Source: an uncultured Burkholderiales bacterium
GTDB taxonomy: Bacteria; Pseudomonadota; Gammaproteobacteria; Burkholderiales; Usitatibacteraceae
Assembly (NCBI GenBank): GCA_964617435.1
Contig: CAZTYC010000001.1
Coordinates: 859 to 38,185, forward strand
Reading direction: 5' to 3'
DNA: 37,327 bases
Shown here one piece after another: positions 17,801-23,554 of this stretch (positions are counted from its first letter, which is position 1; each line of letters opens with the position of its first letter). The position numbers and the translations under genes were made by a program. Below the pieces are notes generated by a model. That model was not told the origin of the DNA and did no database searches. It saw only the letters and a list, made by a program, of their open reading frames with translations.

Positions 17801-19674
17801 AAGGCGTGACGGGTACCCCCGCCGATTCACGCGCTCGGCCAGTCAGTGCGACGGCGGCCCCCGCTGACGCCAAGGGCCTCCAGGGCACGTTGGCGCAAGC
17901 AGTGTCCTCGCGCAGCGTGGACCTCGCCAGCGTGGCCCAGGCGGCGAGCAGCGGGGCGGTCAGCCAGGCGCCGGATCGCAGCGTCGGCGCGGTGAATTGG
18001 TGGGCTGCGGGAACCGCCCAGTTCGGCAATCGCAAGGGCGATGGCTCGTTCTCGGGCAGCGAGTTCACCACCAGCGGCATGATGTTTGGCGTGGACAAGC
18101 GTTTCGCGCGCGATCTGGCGGCCGGCATCGCCGTCGGCTTCATGCGCGACAACACTACGCTTGGCACGGACGGCTCCGCGAACAAGGCGCGGGCCGCCAC
18201 GCTGTCCCTCTATGGCAGCTACCAGCCTACGCGCGACACGTTCCTCGACGGGTTGCTCGGTTACGGCCGGCTCAACTTCACGTCGCGCCGCGCCATCGCG
18301 GCCAACGGAAGCATTGCGGAAGCCGATCGGGACGGAACCCAGTTCTTCGCGTCGGTCGCGGGCGGGTACGAAAAGCGCGAAAACGGCGTGCTGTGGTCGC
18401 CCTACGCGCGCCTCGACTACGCTTCCAACCGGCTCGACCAGGCCACGGAAAACAACGCCGGGCTGTATTCGTTGACCTACGGTTCGTTCACCCAGCCCTC
18501 GCTGCAGGGCGTCGTCGGCGTGCGCACCGAATCGGTCCATCGCACCAGCTACGGCGGGGCGAGCCCGCGGGCGCGCTTGGAATTCAGGCACGAATTCCAG
18601 GCGAACCGGGATACGAGCGTCGCGTACGCGGATCTGCCCGGCACGCGGTACGCACTGGTCAGCGCCCAGACGCTGCGCAATGCGATCGTGGCGTCCGTCG
18701 GATCGGATTTCCAGTTCAGTCGCGGCCTGACGGTCGGCATCGACTACCAGGTCACCCACGTGTTCAACAAGGACAGCAACCAGGGCTTGCGCCTGACGAT
18801 CACGCAGCCGCTCGACGGCAAGGGCAGCCCGCTGTTCTTCACGTCGCTGCCGACGACGCCGGCCAAGCCCAAGGATTACCAGGCCGATGCCGGCTTCATG
18901 TTCGACACCAACGTGACGCGCGCCAAGGCCGGGCCGGACAAGCTGTCCGACCGGATCTACTCGGTGAACACCAGCAAGAGCGAACTGTTCACCTTCGAAG
19001 ACCGCGAGAACATCCGCGCCACGGTGACCGTCCTTGCCGGGGCCGAGAAGTTCGACCGCTTCTCGGGGCTCGACCGCGCGGTTGCCAGCATCGAAGCCGA
19101 CGGCAAGTACAAGACTTCGGCGGAGTTCGACGCCTACACGTTCGGCGCCACGCTTTCGGTGGCCGGCGACCAATACCAATCAAAACTCCGCCGCGGCTAC
19201 CGGGCCAGTTTCACTCTATCGGCGCGTCAACAGCTCACCGATTTGATCGGTGTCTTCGCCGCGGCCTCGTACAACCAGCGCTGGGCGAACAGCAAGGTGT
19301 TCGACAACCGGTTCTCCGCGTTCCGCCTCAATGCCGACTATCAATGGAACGCGAACGACACCCTGTATGTAACCGGCGAGTTCCGCAAGGGGCACAGCGT
19401 GTCGTCGGGCAGCGGGTCTCTGGAGGACCTGGCGGTGGCCCAGATCTTTGTCGACGATGACGCTTTCCCGCACCGAGACTTCAACGCCTACCGGTTCGAA
19501 GCCAGGACCTGGATATCCACCGTGGGATACAACATGGGCTTCGGGCCGCGCCACGCGCTGGACCTGTCCTGGCGTCGCGCGCAGTCCACGCCGACCTTCC
19601 GGCCGAGTTACGCCACGTCTGCGAAGAGTTACATCGCAGACCAGTATTCGATCGTTTACCTGATTCGCTTCTAA
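14854..19674 (+). CDS. Large autotransporter-type outer-membrane protein (~1606 aa): N-terminal CXXCH cytochrome-c-like head, Ig-like repeats, autotransporter beta-domain and an extra C-terminal beta-rich extension
   Basis: ATG 14854 is preceded by AAAAGGGA. The signal peptide is WTALLFLVALAATLSSHEARA. GQGCGGCHG lies at aa 61-65. The passenger carries four ~84-aa He_PIG-like and three cadherin-like repeats. The autotransporter beta-domain runs NWWAAGTAQFG...GVDKRF...LSLYGSY...GLLGYGRLNFTSRR...EFRHEF. About 285 further residues end in YSIVYLIRF, a C-terminal aromatic OMP signal. Confidence 0.88.
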   Translation: MAPSIGGIFWLCRQVRWTALLFLVALAATLSSHEARAQSIAAGANIWAPFNAMTNPTGQGCGGCHGTPPSLPQKNAGNAVAVFNAAIAANAGNFMGAYSGMSGTDRQSVALYIGSSGGVTESASHSVTVNYGSSGNLITPLNIGVSYTSASMTGLNGGTVQQIATTSGPTRGTLASSTLTTAGATFSYNHTATNCTADSITYQGSGVSGSLTQAKTVTINITPPTPPTISNSSANIAYNSSMSTNIPLTLGGGTATSLIVGALSGGAGTLNATGTTLTYTASASTYVASQTVSVQAVGPCATSAAATITINVAAPPVPVITSANMASGVGGQAFSFNVTASNAPTGFAASGLPAGLSINPTTGAITGTPSVSGMFTAMVTASNGSGTSTAQSLAINVTLATPVITSTLSANATSGSPFTYNITASNLPASFNATGLPTGLMINTSTGAITGTPVVAMAGTVAITLSATNTAGTGTATLMLNVSLNAPTITSANTASGNVGSAFTFNVTATDFPSSYGATGLPAGLSINTMTGVISGTPTSAGVSMVNLTATNGAGTGMQTLVITITLLPPVVSSGASVSGTVTQPVSYQITASNSPTSFGASGLPAGLSVNAMTGLISGSPTSTGTTVVTVSATNAAGTGTKAVTFSISNFPAPTMAGATIQVPFGGTGTVDFSLLSGGSNVTSYVITQPATRGTITVNGNVATYTPQAGFFGMDSFGVTAMGPGGTSQQGLITVIVGTPAAPTVAARSVTVPYNTQTVISLTAAVTGVATSIAITTPPANGTATVSGLTVLYKPKADYFGDDSFAYTATGPGGTSMPATVSITVATQAPSASAVSFAVPANTATTMDLKPFITGSAITGVRVTVEPKFGKSAVNGTKVVYTPNEDYLGPDSLSYIAFGNAGTSAAAVVTITVMGDRPNPLKSGTVGSIVSSQADTAQRNATTTITTLQTRNEALRRGGEVADASPAPRAPRAQGRVETSLTEGVTGTPADSRARPVSATAAPADAKGLQGTLAQAVSSRSVDLASVAQAASSGAVSQAPDRSVGAVNWWAAGTAQFGNRKGDGSFSGSEFTTSGMMFGVDKRFARDLAAGIAVGFMRDNTTLGTDGSANKARAATLSLYGSYQPTRDTFLDGLLGYGRLNFTSRRAIAANGSIAEADRDGTQFFASVAGGYEKRENGVLWSPYARLDYASNRLDQATENNAGLYSLTYGSFTQPSLQGVVGVRTESVHRTSYGGASPRARLEFRHEFQANRDTSVAYADLPGTRYALVSAQTLRNAIVASVGSDFQFSRGLTVGIDYQVTHVFNKDSNQGLRLTITQPLDGKGSPLFFTSLPTTPAKPKDYQADAGFMFDTNVTRAKAGPDKLSDRIYSVNTSKSELFTFEDRENIRATVTVLAGAEKFDRFSGLDRAVASIEADGKYKTSAEFDAYTFGATLSVAGDQYQSKLRRGYRASFTLSARQQLTDLIGVFAAASYNQRWANSKVFDNRFSAFRLNADYQWNANDTLYVTGEFRKGHSVSSGSGSLEDLAVAQIFVDDDAFPHRDFNAYRFEARTWISTVGYNMGFGPRHALDLSWRRAQSTPTFRPSYATSAKSYIADQYSIVYLIRF
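15034..15048 (+). other. CXXCH motif (CGGCH) at the N-terminus of the autotransporter passenger
   Basis: TGT GGC GGC TGC CAC encodes aa 61-65 counted from ATG 14854. The sequence continues ...NFMGAYSGMSGTDRQSVALYIGS, which resembles the Met-ligand and C-terminal helix region of small cytochromes c. Confidence 0.55.
15799..16809 (+). repeat. Four tandem ~84-aa He_PIG-type (putative Ig) repeats
   Basis: The pattern P.ITS......G..F.....AS..P..F.A.GLP.GL.IN..TG.I.GTP....G.......ATN..GT recurs four times back to back. Confidence 0.8.
16810..17613 (+). repeat. Three tandem cadherin-like/bacterial Ig repeats
   Basis: The pattern ...P..G...V.G..V.YTP...Y.G.DSF.Y.A.G.GGTS....V.I.V recurs three times. 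The same module type occurs after each cytochrome domain of the 2481-aa protein. Confidence 0.75.
17992..18813 (+). other. Autotransporter beta-barrel domain
   Basis: The ~275 aa show alternating beta-strand patterning and the hallmarks listed for the parent CDS. Confidence 0.8.
18814..19671 (+). other. Additional ~285-aa C-terminal beta-rich extension of unknown family, ending in an OMP beta-signal
   Basis: A Pro/Lys linker (DGKGSPLFFTSLPTTPAKPKDYQ) is followed by alternating hydrophobic/polar strands (YTFGATLSVAGD, YRASFTLSARQQ, FRLNADYQWN, TLYVTGEFRKG, ISTVGYNMGF, LDLSWRR). The terminal sequence is YSIVYLIRF. Confidence 0.5.
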
Positions 19675-19685
19675 AGGATCCGACC

Positions 19686-21638
19686 GTGAAACGTACTCCC
19701 ATAGCCTCCTTTGGACTGTGTTTCGCGTTGTCCGCGCTCCTCGCGGGCTGCGGAGGCGGCGGCCAGGGCGAAACGACACCCGATGTCGTGCCCGGCCAGA
19801 AAGCCACGCCCCCGACCACCGGGCCCAACCTGTTCCTGCTGTTTCCGAACCCCCAGAAGCAGGCCGACGGCACGATCGAAACCAATACCGCCGCATATAC
19901 GCAGTCTTACTACGAGGCCATCGACCCGAACAATGAACGGGACACGCTGACCAAGTACAAGCAGAAGAATGGTTTTGGCAGCGGCACGGGGGAAGAAGTC
20001 ACGGTCGTGTTCGGCGACCAGCGCGACTTGGGTTACGGACGGCGGATGAACGCGCGCCGCAATCCGGACGGCACCCTCGCCTTCTTTGTCGAAAACTACC
20101 TGATTCAGGCGGGCGAGGGCTACCAGTACTCCCCCGCCAACCTGGAAGCCGCCATCGTGCGCGATCCAAAATGGCTGGTCGGCATCAACGCGATTGAATT
20201 CACGCCCGGGCCCAACGGCGGCGCGCCGTTCCCGAAGTTCTACAACTTCGTGGCGGGCACCGAGCAACGCGCAACCTTCGTGGATCTGGACGGCCGCGGC
20301 GGCAAGGCCATGCCCGGGCCGTGCATCAGCTGCCACGGCGGGCGCGGCGACGCCTTGATGCCGGCGGACGCCAGCGGGAAGCGCAAGTTCAATCTGGTTC
20401 AGAACGGCGTGTCGCTGCAGCGCGGCGACGTACAGGCGCGCCTGCACCCGTTTGAGCCGGATGTGTTCGGCTTCTCGACCACCACGGGTTTCAGCCGCGC
20501 GGAGCAGGAGGCCAGCATCAAGAAGATCAATACCTGGATCCTGTGCAGTTATCCGATCCACAGCGCATCCACCGCGCCGGAAGACCAGTGCCGGCGTCCT
20601 GCGGGCGCGAGCGAATGGCTGGCTCCGCAGGCCGATCTCATCAAGGCCGCATACGGCGGCACCGGATTGCCGCGCGCCAATTGGGATGACACCTACGTGC
20701 CGCCGGGATGGGAATCGGTGGGGCAATCCTCGCTCTACCGCGACGTGGTCGCCACGTCCTGCCGCACCTGCCATTCCCAGCGCGGCACCATCCTCCAGGA
20801 TGACATTTCTTTCCCCACCTACGCCAAGTTCGCCGCGTATTCCGACCGCATCAAGGCGCATGTGATCGACCGCGGCAACATGCCGCTCGCGCAGATCGTC
20901 TACAACGCGTTCTACGGCAACAACCGCCAGGAAACCGTCGGCGCATTCCTGGCCCAGCAGGGGTTGAACGTCAAGGATTCGGCCGGCGCGACGCTCAAGC
21001 CCGGCCGTCCGGTCGCGGATCCGGGCCCGTCGAGGGTCGTCCGCCAGGGGGCCTCGCCCCTGTCCGCGTCGAACAGCCTCTACGCCTCGTCCTACGCTTG
21101 GAGCATCCTGTCCGGGCCTTCCGGCGGCGCGACGATTTCGGCCCCCACCTCTGAGAACACCACGTTCAACGCCTCGCTCAACGGCACCTATGTGGTGCGA
21201 TTGGTGGCCTCGGCCGGCAGCGTGCAAAGCGCCCCAGTGGACATCACCATCGTCGTCGACAATTCACTGGCGAAATCGCCCGCAGACATCCGGTTTGCCG
21301 ACATCAAGGCCGTGCTTCAATCGGCGGAGGCGGGGTGCACGAGTTCGAATTGCCACTCCGCGGGGGGCACGCAATCCGCGCCGGTGTTCTACACCAACTA
21401 CGATCGCAACGGCGATGGCGTGCAGAACAGCATCGACGAGGACTGGTTCCATGCGGAGGTCCGCAGCCGGATCAATTTCACGGACATCGTGTCCAGCCCG
21501 CTGCTGCGCAAGCCTTCGGGAAATCACCACGCCGGCCTGCTGCGTCCCGGATTCGACGCCACGGCGGCCCCCGGCCAGTCCGCGCGCGCCAACTTTGACC
21601 TGTTCCAGAACTGGATCCTGAACGGCGCCCCAAAGTGA
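19686..21638 (+). CDS. Lipoprotein (650 aa) with two CXXCH motifs and one CX4CH motif; putative haem lipoprotein of unknown family
   Basis: The GTG start lies 11 nt after the autotransporter stop, with SD AAAGGA. The lipobox is LLAG-C (Cys22 codon 19749-19751), followed by a GGGGQ linker. The motifs are CISCH (20322-20336), CRTCH (20760-20774) and CTSSNCH (21336-21356). The last is followed by SSPLLRKPSGNHHAG, reminiscent of planctomycete-type cytochrome c modules. Confidence 0.8.
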   Translation: MKRTPIASFGLCFALSALLAGCGGGGQGETTPDVVPGQKATPPTTGPNLFLLFPNPQKQADGTIETNTAAYTQSYYEAIDPNNERDTLTKYKQKNGFGSGTGEEVTVVFGDQRDLGYGRRMNARRNPDGTLAFFVENYLIQAGEGYQYSPANLEAAIVRDPKWLVGINAIEFTPGPNGGAPFPKFYNFVAGTEQRATFVDLDGRGGKAMPGPCISCHGGRGDALMPADASGKRKFNLVQNGVSLQRGDVQARLHPFEPDVFGFSTTTGFSRAEQEASIKKINTWILCSYPIHSASTAPEDQCRRPAGASEWLAPQADLIKAAYGGTGLPRANWDDTYVPPGWESVGQSSLYRDVVATSCRTCHSQRGTILQDDISFPTYAKFAAYSDRIKAHVIDRGNMPLAQIVYNAFYGNNRQETVGAFLAQQGLNVKDSAGATLKPGRPVADPGPSRVVRQGASPLSASNSLYASSYAWSILSGPSGGATISAPTSENTTFNASLNGTYVVRLVASAGSVQSAPVDITIVVDNSLAKSPADIRFADIKAVLQSAEAGCTSSNCHSAGGTQSAPVFYTNYDRNGDGVQNSIDEDWFHAEVRSRINFTDIVSSPLLRKPSGNHHAGLLRPGFDATAAPGQSARANFDLFQNWILNGAPK

Positions 21639-21665
21639 CGGGTGAAGAGTCGTTGTGAATGGACG

Positions 21666-21697
21666 AAAAAAAAACGGCGCCCCGCGCCGTTTTTTTT
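21666..21697. terminator. Bidirectional rho-independent terminator between convergent genes
   Basis: AAAAAAAAACGGCGCCCCGCGCCGTTTTTTTT has a GC stem (CGGCGC/GCGCCG) with a CCC loop, flanked by an A9 run and a T8 run. Confidence 0.9.
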
Positions 21698-21711
21698 CGC
21701 CAACCGCGCAA

Positions 21712-22443
21712 TCAATAGTTGCGTCGCGGTGCGTTGTACGCGTCCTTGCCGAACGCGAACGGCGTGGTGCGACCCACCAGCGATTCAATCAGCGCAAGCT
21801 CCAGGTCCGTGTGGTTGACGAAGGGCGCGTTGCTGATCGCCTTGTTCCCATCCTTGCCGATATACACCGGCCGGTCGTGCTGTGTGGCGGTGATGGTTTC
21901 CTTGGCTTCGGGCTTGGCATTGGCACTGACCTCGGTGGTGCCATAGCAGGTGCAGAAATAGCTCTGCTCCTCCTCGGCCTCCACGTAAAACCCAGTTCCG
22001 CGGATACCGATGGTGGCGGTCGGCGTCCGCAACCGCATGGGCTGGTTGCGCGAAACGCTGAGCAGGGCACCGGTCAGCATGCGCAGGCCGGACACGATGA
22101 GCGAATCGGCCTTCTTCTCCGCCTCGATCACGACATTGCTGTTGGCACGCAGGATCATGGCCTGGGTGTTGACCACAAAGACCAGCTCGCTGTCCTTGGC
22201 GGTCTTGACCGTGTCCCCGGGGTTGACCCTGGTGCCCAGGGTGGCCGGCTTGTCGTTGACCGTTGCAGTGCCGGAAATGCGGTAGATCGACTGGCCCGCG
22301 GGAAGGCGGCCGGGCTTGCTCCCGAAGATGTTGGCGACCTGCGCAAGTGCGGCGGGTGAAGACGCCCCCAGCAAGCCGGCCCCCAGCATCTGGATGAGAA
22401 TGCGCCGGCGCGGGTCTTCACGGTCTTTGTCGATCAGGTACAT
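21712..22443 (-). CDS. Tat-signal periplasmic FecR-domain protein, tandem paralog 1
   Basis: 243 aa. The twin-arginine signal is DPRRRILIQMLGAGLLGASSPAALA. The FecR-like core is GQSIYRISGTATVNDKPATLGTRVNPGDTVKT...GIRGTGFYVE. A conserved FCTCYG is present, and the SD is GGAG. Confidence 0.85.
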   Translation of the reverse strand: MYLIDKDREDPRRRILIQMLGAGLLGASSPAALAQVANIFGSKPGRLPAGQSIYRISGTATVNDKPATLGTRVNPGDTVKTAKDSELVFVVNTQAMILRANSNVVIEAEKKADSLIVSGLRMLTGALLSVSRNQPMRLRTPTATIGIRGTGFYVEAEEEQSYFCTCYGTTEVSANAKPEAKETITATQHDRPVYIGKDGNKAISNAPFVNHTDLELALIESLVGRTTPFAFGKDAYNAPRRNY

Positions 22444-22485
22444 GAGGTCTCCAGATTTGGGAAATTGAAGGGCGGCGGCCCGGAC

Positions 22486-23223
22486 TCAGTAGTTCCTGCG
22501 CGGCGCGTTGTACGCATCCTTGCCGAACACAAACGGTGTGCTGCGGCCGACCAGCGATTCGATCAGCGCCAATTCAAGGTCCGTGTGGTTGATGAACGGA
22601 CCATTGACAATGCCACTGCCCTTGGACGCATCGTTGGTTATATAGACCGGCCGGTCGTGCTGCGTGGCGGTGATGGTTTCCTTGGCCTCCGGATTGGCGG
22701 CGGACGCCACCTCGGTGGCGCCGTAGCAGGTGCAGAAGTAGGTGCGGTCCTCTTCGGCCTCCATGTAGAACCCGGTGCCGCGGATGCCGACCGTGGCCGT
22801 AGGCGTGCGCACGCGCATCGGCTGGTTGCGGGAAACGCTGAGCAAGGCACCGGTCAGCATGCGCAGGCCGGAGACCACGAATGAATCGGCCTTTTTTTCC
22901 GACTCGATGACCACGTTGCTGTTGGCACGCAGGATCATGGCTTGCGTGTTGACTACAAAAACCAGTTCGCTGTCCTTGCCGGTCTTGACGGTATCCCCGG
23001 GATTGACCTTGGTGCCCAGTGCCGCAGGCTTGTCGTTGACGCTCGCCGTGCCGGAAATCCGGTAGATGGACTGGCCCGCCGGCAACTTGGTCGGACGCGA
23101 GCCAAAAATGCTGGCGACCTGCGCCAGCGCAGCCGGGGAGAGGCTGCCCAGCGCTCCAAGGGTGAGCATCTGGATCAGGGTACGGCGGCGGGGATCATCG
23201 CGGTTCTTGTCGATCAAATACAT
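22486..23223 (-). CDS. Tat-signal periplasmic FecR-domain protein, tandem paralog 2
   Basis: Using Met 23223 (MYLIDKNRDDPRRRTLIQML...), the protein aligns end to end with paralog 1. By eye, roughly four fifths of residues are identical. The SD is GGAG, 7 nt upstream. The listed ORF starts 4 codons earlier. Confidence 0.85.
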   Translation of the reverse strand: MYLIDKNRDDPRRRTLIQMLTLGALGSLSPAALAQVASIFGSRPTKLPAGQSIYRISGTASVNDKPAALGTKVNPGDTVKTGKDSELVFVVNTQAMILRANSNVVIESEKKADSFVVSGLRMLTGALLSVSRNQPMRVRTPTATVGIRGTGFYMEAEEDRTYFCTCYGATEVASAANPEAKETITATQHDRPVYITNDASKGSGIVNGPFINHTDLELALIESLVGRSTPFVFGKDAYNAPRRNY

Positions 23224-23554
23224 TGTGGGCTCCAAGAGCCGGGGAATACCGGCATCGGGCGTCAGGGGTGAGGTACGAATCGGCCGGTTTCCCGGATGCA
23301 GGCGATCTTAGCATTTCCGTTTCAACAGGCCATCCCTCATCCGCGCCAAGGAATTCCCTGATTCGCGGACGCTTTCGGGGCGGCGAGACCCCGGCCTTCG
23401 CCAAGCCGCCATCCCTTGGTCGTGGGAATGTTCCCTTCACCGGCAATCCCCTGCGTTAAACTCGCCGGAATGCCCGGACGCGGCTGTGCCGGGGCATGCC
23501 GCAATTCCAACAAGATCCGGCAGCACCAACGCCACACGTCATCGGGGAGCACTC

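Noticed and set aside
15435-19179. ORFs 15435..17258 (+), 16792..17775 (-), 17827..19179 (-) and 17997..19460 (+) within the autotransporter gene
   Set aside because: They are off-frame or antisense shadows with Arg/His/Gly-rich low-complexity translations. The 14854..19674 frame carries all the recognisable domains.
6204-19674. Possibility that the many internal repeats represent CRISPR, satellite or mobile-element repeats
   Set aside because: The repeats are long (about 250-2300 nt), in frame and diverged at the nucleotide level while conserved at the protein-motif level. They are domain duplications. There are no short identical direct repeats with unique spacers.
19671-21227. 518-aa minus-strand ORF opposite the lipoprotein gene
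   Set aside because: It has antisense-shadow composition and no signal or motifs, whereas the + frame has a lipobox, an SD and CXXCH motifs.
4691-21638. Horizontally acquired genomic island or prophage
   Set aside because: I saw no integrase, transposase, tRNA attachment site, flanking direct repeats or obvious compositional break. The accessory character is suggested only by gene content.
23236-23554. 319-nt divergent intergenic region with small ORFs (23195..23446 -, 23223..23459 +), considered as a hidden small gene or sRNA
   Set aside because: The ORFs lack an SD and have shadow-like composition. I saw only short palindromes (GGAATTCC, GGGAA-TG-TTCCC) and no convincing structured RNA. 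It is most simply a shared promoter region.
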